64,000 nt of DNA from Candidatus Eiseniibacteriota bacterium. GTDB lineage: Bacteria > Eisenbacteria > RBG-16-71-46 > JABDJR01. Positions 1 through 9,794 of this stretch are shown in pieces. Below the pieces are notes generated by a model, which was not told where the DNA came from, made no database searches, and worked only from the letters and a program-made list of their open reading frames with translations. The translations under genes were made by a program, and so were the position numbers. The stretch lies in assembly GCA_963783375.1 (NCBI GenBank), contig CAWANH010000028.1:1888001-1952000 (forward strand), read 5' to 3'. Position 1 is the stretch's first letter, and the number at the start of each line of letters is the position of its first letter.

Positions 1-193
1 CATGATAAAAACGATCTAATTTCTATTGTTGAACCCGAAACCCGGGGATGCCGCGGGAGCATCCGGAAAGTACCCGCCTTCAGGACCCAAAACGTCAGAT
101 TCTGGTGGATCGTCTTTCGGGCAGTTGGTATGGGTAGTGACGATGAGTCCGCCGGGAATTCCGGCTGCATGGGTTCGTTGAACGGAGGTCGCA

Positions 194-1966
194 GTGAGCG
201 ACGAGTTGGACCGGCTGTCCAGCGAGCTGGAGCGCCTGGGTCGCGCGATGCGGGATGTCGAGAACCGGTTGGCGGTCCTGGAAGCGCGGGGCTCTTCCCG
301 CCCGTCTACCGACGCTCCTCCCCGGGAGCGGGAAGCGGGGATCGCCGGCGATCAGGTTTCCCCTGCGGATCCCGGACCGGGGATCCTCACCTCCGTGCTC
401 ACTCTCTCCGGCCGGATGCTTCTGATCCTGGGGGGAGGTCTACTCCTTCGGGCTCTGACCGACGCCGGTCTCCTCAGCCAACCGATCGGCGTCGTCCTCG
501 GACTGCTCTATGCGCTCACCTGGCTCGTATTCGCCGACCGGGCCGGGGCCCGCGGGTTCCCCCTGAGCGCCGCCTTCCATGCCCTCTCCACGGTGTTCAT
601 CGCGTATCCGCTCCTCTGGGAGGCGACCACCAAGCTCGGGTACCTTTCCCCCCATCAGGCGGTGGGGCTCACGACCGCGTTCACCGGGGCGGGCCTCCTC
701 GAGGCGTGGCGGCGTCGTCTGCGGAGCGTCGCCTGGGCGTTCACCCTGGCCTCGCTCTTTCTGGTCTTCGCGCTGATTCCCGCCACCCGCGCCCTGGCTC
801 CGCTTACCGTGTTCACCCTGGCTCTGGGGCTGGCGACGGTATGGCTGGCCTACGAGCGCGACTGGAAGCTTGCCCGCTGGCCGGTCGCCCTGGCCGGCGA
901 CGGCCTGGTTCTTCTGGCGGTGATGTGGGCCTCCCAGCCCGGCGGTCCCCCCGCCGCCTACCGTCCGCTCACGGCCGGAACCGCCCAGGCGCTGGCCCTG
1001 AGCCTCCCGGTCATCTTCCTGGGGAGCGCGGCGTTGCGTACTCTGGCCCGGAGGCGCGAGGTCAGCCTCTTCGAAGCGGTCCAGGGAGCGACCTCGCTCT
1101 TCCTGGGCTTCGGGGGCACGGTGCGGGTGGCCCGCGCCACCGGCGGGGATGAGACGGTGATCGCGCTCATCGCCATGGGCGCGGCGGCGGTCTGCTACAT
1201 CCTGGCCTTCACCTTCGTGGACCGGGCTTCCGCCACCCGGCGGAATTTCTATTTCTACGGATGGCTCGCCCTGTCTCTGGTCCTGCTCGGAAGCGGTGCC
1301 ATGGCCCGGGGCATCTTGCTGCCCGTCCTCTGGGGCGGATTGGCCGTCGCCGCCGCGACGGTGGGAACCCGGTACGACCGGTTCACCCTCCGGGTTCACA
1401 GTGCGGTCTATGCCATCATGGCGGCCATTCAGGGCGGTCTTCTCAAGGGCGCGGTGGGGGCCTTCGCCGTCCCCGCCGTCAAGGGTTGGAGCGTCCTCCC
1501 TCCCTCTGCGTTCATCGTCCTGGGAGCGGCGGCGGTGTCCTTCACGGTCCTGGCATCGAACCAGCACGCCGCGGATCTCCACTGGCATCGGCGCCTGCCG
1601 CGCTTCGTGGTGGGGACGGTTCTGGTCGTGGGTCTGGGCACCCTGGTGGTGACGGGCGCGGTGTCGGTGGCCCTCGGGGGATCGCCCGCCTCCGACCCCG
1701 CCGTCCTGGCGGTGATCCGGACCGCGGTGCTGGCCCTGGCCGCGGTGGCCCTGGCCTTCGGCGTGCCCCGCATCCGCCTGTTCGAGATGACCTGGCTCGT
1801 GCTCCCCCTCATCGTTCTGGGGGGAATCAAGTTTCTGGTCGAGGATCTCCCTCACGGTCGCCCGGTCACCTTGTTCCTCGGCCTGGCCTGCTACGGCACC
1901 GCGCTCATCGGGGCCTCGCGGGTGCTCCGGACCCGGCGCCTTCCCCGGGCGGCCCCGCCTCTCTGA
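194..1966 (+). CDS. Polytopic membrane protein, DUF2339-like
   Basis: GTG start after GGAGG; N-terminal coiled coil followed by many hydrophobic helices. Confidence 0.65.
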   Translation: MSDELDRLSSELERLGRAMRDVENRLAVLEARGSSRPSTDAPPREREAGIAGDQVSPADPGPGILTSVLTLSGRMLLILGGGLLLRALTDAGLLSQPIGVVLGLLYALTWLVFADRAGARGFPLSAAFHALSTVFIAYPLLWEATTKLGYLSPHQAVGLTTAFTGAGLLEAWRRRLRSVAWAFTLASLFLVFALIPATRALAPLTVFTLALGLATVWLAYERDWKLARWPVALAGDGLVLLAVMWASQPGGPPAAYRPLTAGTAQALALSLPVIFLGSAALRTLARRREVSLFEAVQGATSLFLGFGGTVRVARATGGDETVIALIAMGAAAVCYILAFTFVDRASATRRNFYFYGWLALSLVLLGSGAMARGILLPVLWGGLAVAAATVGTRYDRFTLRVHSAVYAIMAAIQGGLLKGAVGAFAVPAVKGWSVLPPSAFIVLGAAAVSFTVLASNQHAADLHWHRRLPRFVVGTVLVVGLGTLVVTGAVSVALGGSPASDPAVLAVIRTAVLALAAVALAFGVPRIRLFEMTWLVLPLIVLGGIKFLVEDLPHGRPVTLFLGLACYGTALIGASRVLRTRRLPRAAPPL

Positions 1967-2195
1967 GCGCCCGGCCCGACCGCCGGCCGGAGCCTCGGGT
2001 TTCCCCGCGTTGCGAATCCCGGTGTCATCCCGCACAATCTCTCCCCGAGCGGGGCCGGCCGTCTCGTCACGACCTCACCGATCGGGCCCCAGGACAACTT
2101 GATATTCATATTCGCGGGAGGAGTTCGAAGCGGTGCCGGATCGCCAAGGTCGCTCGCTGGCCGAGGGGTGGAGGGGTATCCACCCGATCCACTCG

Positions 2196-2867
2196 ATGGA
2201 ATACGTGAGGGCGCTGGAACGATGGTCGGGGATCGCGCCCCGGCCGGACCGCGAGAACCGGGAGCGCCGCGAGGGAATCCCCATCTTCCAGAGCCCCTGG
2301 TTGGACCTGGCCCTGACCAAGGCCCATCCGACGCTCCCCTGGGTGTGGTCGGTTCCCATCGTCGCTCTCGGACTGTACCGGGGGCTCTTCGTGGCGGACA
2401 CCGGTATCGAGGGGACCCTGGGGCTCTTCCTTGGCGGCATTGCCCTGTGGACCCTGATCGAGTATCTCCTGCATCGCTTTCTCTTTCATTTCCAGCCCCC
2501 GGGAAAGCGGTTCCGGTCCTTCTTCTTCCTGGCCCACGGCTACCACCACGAGTTCCCCAACGACCACCTGCGGCTGGTGGCCCCGCCCCTCATGTTCTGG
2601 ACCCTGGCCCTCGCCTTCGGCCTCCTCTATTACCTGGTGTTCGGGGGGAGGGTCTGGGCCCAGATCTTCTCGGGGACCGTCGCCGGCTACCTCGCCTACG
2701 ACTGCATCCACTACTACTCCCACCATGCCGCCCCACGCAACGGATTGGGTAAGTGGTTGCGCCGCTATCACTTGTTGCACCATTTCCAGGGCACCGGGGA
2801 TCGATTCGGGATCTCGAGCCCGCTCTGGGACCTGGTCTTCCGGACCTACCGGGCCCCCGAGAAGTGA
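2196..2867 (+). CDS. Fatty acid hydroxylase / sterol desaturase family protein
   Basis: His boxes HRFLFH, HGYHH, HYYSHH, HLLHH; C-terminal FGISSPLWDLVF; start uncertain. Confidence 0.85.
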   Translation: MEYVRALERWSGIAPRPDRENRERREGIPIFQSPWLDLALTKAHPTLPWVWSVPIVALGLYRGLFVADTGIEGTLGLFLGGIALWTLIEYLLHRFLFHFQPPGKRFRSFFFLAHGYHHEFPNDHLRLVAPPLMFWTLALAFGLLYYLVFGGRVWAQIFSGTVAGYLAYDCIHYYSHHAAPRNGLGKWLRRYHLLHHFQGTGDRFGISSPLWDLVFRTYRAPEK

Positions 2868-2950
2868 GCCTGCGGCCCCGTCGCCGGCCGGTCTTCACCG
2901 TATCCAACCTGTTGGAAGCTCGATAGTTGGAAGAAAAAGTATAGTTTTTG

Positions 2951-2978
2951 TTGCTTTTACATGATTCCAGTCTAAACT
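2951..2978 (+). promoter_or_regulatory. Putative sigma70-type promoter
   Basis: TTGCTT-N16-TAAACT in an AT-rich patch upstream of the 3086 gene. Confidence 0.4.
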
Positions 2979-3085
2979 CTCTTCACTTCGATCCTTCCCA
3001 GGTCTTGGCCTAGAGAGCAACCATCATCTGCCCTTCGCGTCGGTTTCTCCCACCGATCGGGTTGGCGCCCCAGGAGACTCCGACC

Positions 3086-3700
3086 ATGCGCATCTATCGA
3101 ATCCTCTCCGTCCTGGTTCTTGGGCTCCTCTGGCTGGGGACGCATCCTTCGGTTTCCCCCGCCGCGCCCCCCCAGCCCACCTTCGGCACCGCGGTGGTCG
3201 ACGGGGATCCGGGGGAGTGGAACCTCGCCACCGACTTCTTCGCCGACATGCACCGAGCCGGAAAGCCGGGCAAGCCGCTGGAGTCGAAGCTCTACCTCCG
3301 CTACGACTGTTACACGGGGACCCTGTTCGCGCTCATCCTCACCGAGCAGGGGGTGGTGGGCTACATCGACACCTCCGCGGTGACCGGCTGGATCGCCATC
3401 GACAGCCAGAACAACAAGGTGGTGAACGAGGTGGCGGGGAACGACGGCACCCCCCCCGATTTCGCGTGGATCGACCAGGGCTTCGACGCCGACTCGACCC
3501 ACGTCCACGGGTACGAGGCCTCGTTCCACCTGGCCGAGGGCACCTACGTGATCATCGGCCACGTCGACGTCTACGACGGCGGGGCACAGACCTCGGCCAC
3601 CGATGGGTTTCCCGGGAGCGGCGCGGACCTGGTGCTGGATTGCGGAAACGTGCCCACCGAGCCCACGACATGGTCGCGGATGAAGCAGCTCTATCGCTGA
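3086..3700 (+). CDS. Secreted hypothetical protein with C-terminal TWSxMKxxYR tail
   Basis: AGGAG RBS; Sec signal MRIYRILSVLVLGLLW; ends VPTEPTTWSRMKQLYR. Confidence 0.75.
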   Translation: MRIYRILSVLVLGLLWLGTHPSVSPAAPPQPTFGTAVVDGDPGEWNLATDFFADMHRAGKPGKPLESKLYLRYDCYTGTLFALILTEQGVVGYIDTSAVTGWIAIDSQNNKVVNEVAGNDGTPPDFAWIDQGFDADSTHVHGYEASFHLAEGTYVIIGHVDVYDGGAQTSATDGFPGSGADLVLDCGNVPTEPTTWSRMKQLYR

Positions 3701-4058
3701 ACCGGATCGCTGAGCCGCGGCTCGCGCGGTTCGGTCCCCGATTGTTTTCGGGAGGGCCCGGAGTCTCTGTGCTCCGGGCCCTTTCCGTATCCGGCGGATC
3801 CGGCCGGACCCCGGGGGGGAAGACGGTCCGGGCGCGCCCCGAATCCGACTGAATCGATCGGGTTTACGCGATCCCCGGGGCGACTCGGACCTTCCTCGCC
3901 CGTGTTCCGCCGACTTGTGCGAAAATACCCCGTCACTCGACCAGCGCTCGCCCACGACCGGGCTCGGCCAGAACCGGTTCCCCGGGCGGGCGACACGACT
4001 TCGAACGGCCGGACCCGGGCGGTCCGGCTTCCACGGCGCGGCGGGCGCGGGAGAAACC

Positions 4059-5222
4059 ATGATCAACGAACTCTATACGAAGGAGCAGGTGGAACTCAGG
4101 GAACGGGCCCGGCATCTGGCCGAGACGGTGATGCGACCGGTGGCGGCCAAACACGACGTCGAGCAGACCTATCCCTGGGAGGTGCAAAAGGAGATCGCGG
4201 CGGCCGGTTTTTCCGGCACCTGGATTCCCAAGGAGTTCGGCGGCGCTGGGGGTGGGGTGCTCGATCTCTGCCTCGTGGTGGAGGAATTCTCCCGGGCCTG
4301 CGGCGGCATGGGCGTGGGCTACGCGGTGAACGCCCTCGGTTCCTTCCCCATCCTGGTCGGAGGGACCGAGGAACAGAAGAAGCGTTGGCTGCCGGGGATC
4401 GCCGCGGGCGAGAAGCTCATCGCCTTCGGACTCTCGGAAAAGGAATCGGGGTCCGACGCGGGCTCGATGAAGACCACCGCGGTTCGCGAGGGCGATGAGT
4501 TCGTCCTGAACGGCGAGAAGAAGTGGAACACCGGCGGAGCGGTGGCTTCCTACAACACGGTCTTCGCGGTGACCCAGCCGGGGCGTGGCGCGCGGGGGAT
4601 CTCCGCGCTGGTGGTGGGGGCGGACACCCCCGGCTACCGGGTGGGGAAGCACGAGGACAAGATGGGGATCCGCTGCGTTCCGGTGAACGAGATCCACTTC
4701 GAGGACTGCCGGGTGCCGGCGGAGAACCTCCTGGGCGGGGTCGAGGGACAGGGGTTCAAGCAGGCGATGAAGACCCTGGACCGGGCGCGGCCGGGAGTGG
4801 CCGCCCAGGCCGTGGGTCTGGCCCAGGGGGCGTTGGACCTGGCCATCGAGTACACCGGGAAGCGCCAGCAGTTCGGCCAGTCCGTCAGCTCCTTCCAGGG
4901 CATCCAGTGGATGCTCTCGGACATGGCCACCCAGATCGAGGCCGCACGCATGCTGGTCCACACCGCGGCCCGGACCATCGACTCGGGCAGCGCGAACATC
5001 ACCAGGATCTCGGCCATGTGCAAGCTCATGGCCACCGACACCGCGATGAAGGTGACCACCGACGCGGTCCAGCTCTTCGGCGGGTACGGCTACTGCAAGG
5101 ACTACCCGATCGAGAAGTACATGCGCGACGCCAAGATCACCCAGATCTACGAGGGCACGAACCAGATCCAGCGGTTGGTGATCGCGCGGAGCCTGCTCCG
5201 GGAGGCGGCGGCGGCCCACTAG
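4059..5222 (+). CDS. Acyl-CoA dehydrogenase
   Basis: AFGLSEKESGSDA, NGEKKWNT, RQQFG, QLFGGYGY, QIYEGTNQIQR motifs. Confidence 0.95.
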   Translation: MINELYTKEQVELRERARHLAETVMRPVAAKHDVEQTYPWEVQKEIAAAGFSGTWIPKEFGGAGGGVLDLCLVVEEFSRACGGMGVGYAVNALGSFPILVGGTEEQKKRWLPGIAAGEKLIAFGLSEKESGSDAGSMKTTAVREGDEFVLNGEKKWNTGGAVASYNTVFAVTQPGRGARGISALVVGADTPGYRVGKHEDKMGIRCVPVNEIHFEDCRVPAENLLGGVEGQGFKQAMKTLDRARPGVAAQAVGLAQGALDLAIEYTGKRQQFGQSVSSFQGIQWMLSDMATQIEAARMLVHTAARTIDSGSANITRISAMCKLMATDTAMKVTTDAVQLFGGYGYCKDYPIEKYMRDAKITQIYEGTNQIQRLVIARSLLREAAAAH

Positions 5223-5443
5223 CCCGCCCACGGGGGAATCATCCGGAACGGTGGTTTTCCGATCCCCGGGCCGGTCGGATGTTCGATCCGCATTTTCGAG
5301 GAGGGGCGGCGCTCGCCGCCGCCCCTCCCACTCGATTATGCTGGTGAGGTCCCCTCCGTCGCGCCGAAGCACCGGGCCCGGCCAGATCCGGTTTTTCGAC
5401 CGGCGGCCAGTCGTTCGTACCCCGAACCGGATCGAGAGTCGCC

Positions 5444-8400
5444 ATGCAGCCCGGCACCCGTCAGGGTTCCTACACCGTTCTCGGCAAGCTCGGCGAGGGG
5501 GGGATGGGGGAGGTCTACCTTGCCCGGGATGATCGCCTGGGCCGCGAGGTCGCCCTCAAGCTCCTCCCCCGCGAGTTCGTGCGGGATCCTCATCGCCTCG
5601 CCCTCTTCCGCCGCGAGGCCCTCACCCTGGCCGCCCTCAATCACCCCCAGATCGCGGTGATCCACGGCCTGGAAGAGCCGGAGCCGGGGACCCTCTTCCT
5701 CGTCCTGGAGCGGGTGGAGGGGGAGTCGCTCGCCCAGCGCCTGGCCCGCGGCGCCCTGCCGCCGGCCGAGGCCCTGGCGGTGGCGGCCAAGGTGGCCGAG
5801 GCCCTCGAGGCCGCCCATGAGCGGGGGGTGATTCACCGCGACCTGAAGCCGGGGAACATCATGCTGGGCCCCCGGGGGGTGGTGAAGGTGCTGGACTTCG
5901 GCCTGGCCCGCCCGGTGGACCCCCGGGCGCGGGCGGGTGGGGACGCGGTCGGCGCCGGTCGGTCATCGCCGGACACCGCCGGAGGCGGCCCCGCGCTCGA
6001 TCCCGACGCGCCCACCCTGGTTCCCGGCGAGCCCGCGTCGAGCCCGGACGCGCCCACCCTGGTTCCCGGCGAGCCCGCGTCGAGCCCGGACGCGCCCACC
6101 CTGGCGGGGGGTGGCGCGGGGGCCGGCCCCGACGCCCTCACCTTGCCCGGCCCTCCCGCACCGGATGCCGAGGCCCCCGCTTCCGCCGGCGGGGAGGCTC
6201 CGGCGGGCGATGCGGTCACCCTGCCGTCCTCCGGGGGTGAGGGAGCGTCGACGCCCCCGTCCTCCGTCCCTTCCAGCCTGGAGGAATTTGCCTCCAACCC
6301 GCTCGACGACGACCAGGTGGTGGGGACGCCGGGGTACATGAGCCCGGAGCAGATCCGCGCCGAGCCCCAGGACGAACGGACCGACGTCTTCGCCTTCGGA
6401 TGCGTGCTCTACGAGTGCCTGACCGGCAAGCGCCCGTTCCCCGGGCGGAGCCTCGGGGAGGTGTTCACCGCCACCCTGGAGCGGACGCCGGACGCCTCAC
6501 TCCTCCCCGCCGCCGTCCCGCCCCGCGTCCGGAAACTGGTGGAGCACTGCCTCGAGAAGCGCACGGCCGATCGACCGGCGGCGATCCGGGAAGCGCGGCT
6601 GGTTCTCGAGGACGTTCTGGGAATCCGGCGGGCATCGGCGCTCCGGAGCGGCGAGGCGCAGGCCGAGGTCCCGAACAACCTTCCCGGAACGGGGTCGAGC
6701 TTCGTGGGGCGGGAGCGGGAGCTCGCCGCGTGCCGGGAGATGATCGGGGCCACCCGGCTTCTCACCCTCACCGGGGTGCCGGGGAGCGGAAAGACCCGGG
6801 TCGCGCTGCAGCTGGCCTCGCTCTCTCTCGCCGAGTACCCGGACGGGGTGTGGTTCGTCGATCTGGGCCCGGTCACCGAACCCGAACGGGCGATCCTGAC
6901 CCTGGGCCTGGCCATGGGGCTCCGCGAGGAGTCCGGGAAGTCCCTCTCCGAGAGCCTCACCCAGCAGCTCGCCGGGCGCCGGGTGCTGGTGGTGCTCGAC
7001 ACCTGCGAGCACCTGCTCGCCGCCGCCGCCGACCTTGCCGGCCGGATCATCGCCGCGTCCCCGGAGACGCGGGTGATCGCCACCAGCCGCGAGGTTCTGG
7101 GAGTGCCCGGGGAGAGGCCCTTCGTGGTTCCCACCCTGGCCGTCCCCCCCGCCTCGCCGACGGACAGCGCGGCCGGGGTGGGCGGGTTCGAGGCGGTGCG
7201 GCTCTTCGTGGAGCGGGCGGAGCTGGTCCGCCCCGGGTTCGTACTCGACGACGCAAACGCCCACCCGGTGGCCGAGATCTGTCGCCGTCTGGACGGGATT
7301 CCCCTGGCCATCGAACTCGCCGCCGCCCGGGTCCGGGTGCTGGGGGTGGAGGACATCCAGGCACGACTCGACGACCGGTTCCGTCTCCTCACCGGCGGCG
7401 GGCGCGGGGCGGCGGCGCGGCAGCAGACCCTCCGCGCGGCCATCCAGTGGAGCTACGACCAGCTCGCTCCCCTCGAGCAGCAGTTCTTCCGGGCGATGTC
7501 GGTCTTTTCGGGGGGTTGGAACCTGGAAGCGGCCACCGCGACGTGGGAGGAGAACGCCGACGAGTTCGAGGTGCTGGACCTCATGACCCGTCTGGTGGAG
7601 AAGTCCCTGGCCGGGGTCGAGAAGGGGGCGGACGGAGCCAACCGCTTCCGCTACCTGGAGACCGTGCGCCAGTACGCGGCGGAGATCCTCGCCCCGACGG
7701 AGGAGAACGCCCCGGTCCGAAACCGCCACCTCGACCACTACCTGGCCCTCGCCGAAACCGGGGAGAAGGAGCTGGTGGGGAAGAACCAGAAGACCTGGTT
7801 CACCCGCCTCGACCCCGAGCACCTGAATTTCCTGGCCGCCCTGGCCTGGGCGGAGGGCGAGGGGAGCGAGCCGGTCCGGGCGCTCCGACTCGCCGGGGCG
7901 GCCGCCCGGTTCTGGTCGGCGCGCGGCCAGTACGAGCTGGGCCGGCGCGCCCTGGCCGACGCCCTGGCCGGCGAGGGCACCGCCGGGCCGATTCCGGAAC
8001 GCGCGAAGGCGCTGGTGAGGTTGGGCGGCATGGCGCTCTATCGCGGGGATTATGAGGGCGCGACCGAACCGATTCGGGAGAGCCTGGAGGTGTACCGGGC
8101 GCTCGGCGACGTGAACGGAGCCACCCGGGCTCTGAGCGGGCTGGCCACCGTGGCCACCTATCAGGGGGACTACGCCGCCGCGCGGGGCCACAACCAGGAA
8201 GCGCTGGCCGCCTACCGCGCCCAGGGAAACGATCGCGGCGCGGCGGTGACCCTGCACAACCTGGGCTTTCTCTCCCTGTGCGAGGGGGACCCCGCCTCCG
8301 CCGTCGACTTCTACACCCAGGCGCTCGCCCTGCTTCGAACGACCGGAGATCTGAAGCAGGTGGCCCTCACCCTGGCCGACCTCGCCGTGGCCTCGGTCCG

Positions 8401-8755
8401 CCTGGAACAGGACGAGACCGCCGCCGCCCAGGCTCTGGCCAGCCTGGCCATCGTCCAGGAACTGGCCTCGGCGCGGGAAGGCGCCTACGCCCTGGAAGGG
8501 ACCGCGGAGCTGGCGGTGATGAGGGGGGATGCGGTTCGGGGGGCGCGGTTTCTGGGAGCGGCGCGGCGACTGCGGGAGGAGACCGGCGCCGCCCTCTCCC
8601 CGGCGGAGGAACGCCAGCAATCCGTTCTCCTGGAGCGAATGAGGGGCATTTCCGGGGAGGCGGGCCTCGATGCCGGATTGGCCGAGGGGGCGGCCCTGAG
8701 GCTCGACGCCGCGGTGGCCGAGGCTACGGACTTTCTGCAGGCTTCCGGGGGCTGA
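5444..8755 (+). CDS. Hanks-type Ser/Thr kinase fused to STAND ATPase, winged helix and TPR
   Basis: LGEGGMGEVY, VALK, HRDLKPGN, DFG, GTPGYMSPEQ; P-loop GVPGSGKT, LDTCEH, LDGIPLAIELAAA; TPR-like C-terminus. Confidence 0.92.
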   Translation: MQPGTRQGSYTVLGKLGEGGMGEVYLARDDRLGREVALKLLPREFVRDPHRLALFRREALTLAALNHPQIAVIHGLEEPEPGTLFLVLERVEGESLAQRLARGALPPAEALAVAAKVAEALEAAHERGVIHRDLKPGNIMLGPRGVVKVLDFGLARPVDPRARAGGDAVGAGRSSPDTAGGGPALDPDAPTLVPGEPASSPDAPTLVPGEPASSPDAPTLAGGGAGAGPDALTLPGPPAPDAEAPASAGGEAPAGDAVTLPSSGGEGASTPPSSVPSSLEEFASNPLDDDQVVGTPGYMSPEQIRAEPQDERTDVFAFGCVLYECLTGKRPFPGRSLGEVFTATLERTPDASLLPAAVPPRVRKLVEHCLEKRTADRPAAIREARLVLEDVLGIRRASALRSGEAQAEVPNNLPGTGSSFVGRERELAACREMIGATRLLTLTGVPGSGKTRVALQLASLSLAEYPDGVWFVDLGPVTEPERAILTLGLAMGLREESGKSLSESLTQQLAGRRVLVVLDTCEHLLAAAADLAGRIIAASPETRVIATSREVLGVPGERPFVVPTLAVPPASPTDSAAGVGGFEAVRLFVERAELVRPGFVLDDANAHPVAEICRRLDGIPLAIELAAARVRVLGVEDIQARLDDRFRLLTGGGRGAAARQQTLRAAIQWSYDQLAPLEQQFFRAMSVFSGGWNLEAATATWEENADEFEVLDLMTRLVEKSLAGVEKGADGANRFRYLETVRQYAAEILAPTEENAPVRNRHLDHYLALAETGEKELVGKNQKTWFTRLDPEHLNFLAALAWAEGEGSEPVRALRLAGAAARFWSARGQYELGRRALADALAGEGTAGPIPERAKALVRLGGMALYRGDYEGATEPIRESLEVYRALGDVNGATRALSGLATVATYQGDYAAARGHNQEALAAYRAQGNDRGAAVTLHNLGFLSLCEGDPASAVDFYTQALALLRTTGDLKQVALTLADLAVASVRLEQDETAAAQALASLAIVQELASAREGAYALEGTAELAVMRGDAVRGARFLGAARRLREETGAALSPAEERQQSVLLERMRGISGEAGLDAGLAEGAALRLDAAVAEATDFLQASGG
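6005..6104 (+). repeat. 42-bp tandem repeat (2 full copies + partial) encoding DAPTLVPGEPASSP
   Basis: gacgcgcccaccctggttcccggcgagcccgcgtcgagcccg at 6005 and 6047, partial copy at 6089. Confidence 0.9.
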
Positions 8756-8842
8756 CCCGGACATTCACCCCCGCCGCTTCCGGAAGACAGGTCCCCGACC
8801 CCGGGAACTCAAGTTTGGATGCAATCAGCTGAGATTCAGGGG

Positions 8843-8871
8843 TTGCATTCCACGCCTTCCAAGCGTACAAT
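8843..8871 (+). promoter_or_regulatory. Sigma70-type promoter
   Basis: TTGCAT-N17-TACAAT, near consensus, upstream of the 9067 gene. Confidence 0.7.
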
Positions 8872-9066
8872 TTAAATCTCAATTCCCCCGCATTCCAGGA
8901 GCTCGGAAAGCGGTTCGTACAAGACGCTGAAGAACCTGCGTGATCGACTCCCCCCCGATCCCGTCGAGCTTTCCGTGTGTACACAGCACAGAGATCTTCC
9001 AGAATCGCCCGGCAAGAGGGTTGTCGGCGATGGGCGGAAGCACGCATCACGATGATGAGGAACTCC

Positions 9067-9753
9067 ATGAGAAAAACCGCGATTGTCTTCGGCTTGCTGG
9101 TCTTTCTGCTCGGGGTGGGGGGCGCGTGCGTGGCGGACGCGGCAACCCTCCTGGTGGACTACGTGGGATATGACTACGAGTCCCCCGATCCCGACTCCAC
9201 GCTCTTCGGTGAAGCGGGAAGCGGGTACAAGGAAGTGGGGAACGTGCCCAACCTCTTTGCTCCCCTTGCGCCCGACACCGCGAACTACGAGTACACCTAC
9301 TACATCAGCGGTCTCACGCAATCGAATCGCACGGTGGTCGGCGGCTACGTGATCGTCGACTACTCGGGTCCCGGCACCTTCGAGGTGTTCGAGGACTCGA
9401 AGACCACCGGAACCGATCCCGTCTTCGGGGTCTATCCGCCCAACGGGACCGCCCCGAGCAGCTTCACCGACGGGACGTTGTTCCTGGAGGGCGCGATCAG
9501 CTCCTTCCAGGTCGTGTTCAGCACCACCTCCAACTCGGGAAGCTACAACGCCCAGTTCGACGTGACGGGGGGCTCCCAATATGGGAACATCCCGGCCAAC
9601 CAGCGTATGGGGTGGTCGTTCGCTGGCATCACCGGAAACGAGCTGAACAAGCCCGCCGGGTATGAGCACCAGGTTGACGGACAGATCTTCCTGAATGAAC
9701 CGGTCCCGACCCAGAAGACGTCGTGGGGCAAAATCAAGAGCATCTATCGCTGA
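9067..9753 (+). CDS. Secreted protein (resembles PepA-type PEP-CTERM passenger) with SWGxIKxxYR tail
   Basis: GAGG RBS; signal peptide; T/S/G/Y-rich beta-type body with PSSFTDGTLFLEG; ends PVPTQKTSWGKIKSIYR. Confidence 0.75.
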   Translation: MRKTAIVFGLLVFLLGVGGACVADAATLLVDYVGYDYESPDPDSTLFGEAGSGYKEVGNVPNLFAPLAPDTANYEYTYYISGLTQSNRTVVGGYVIVDYSGPGTFEVFEDSKTTGTDPVFGVYPPNGTAPSSFTDGTLFLEGAISSFQVVFSTTSNSGSYNAQFDVTGGSQYGNIPANQRMGWSFAGITGNELNKPAGYEHQVDGQIFLNEPVPTQKTSWGKIKSIYR

Positions 9754-9794
9754 GGCAGGCGCCGACCATGATCGTCGAGCGCACGGGGGTTAGC

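Noticed and set aside
3700-4058. Riboswitch or tRNA in this intergenic gap
   Set aside because: Only generic GC-rich hairpins; no recognisable conserved RNA motif.
6005-6104. Tandem repeat as a CRISPR array
   Set aside because: No spacers, in-frame within a CDS, and no cas genes.
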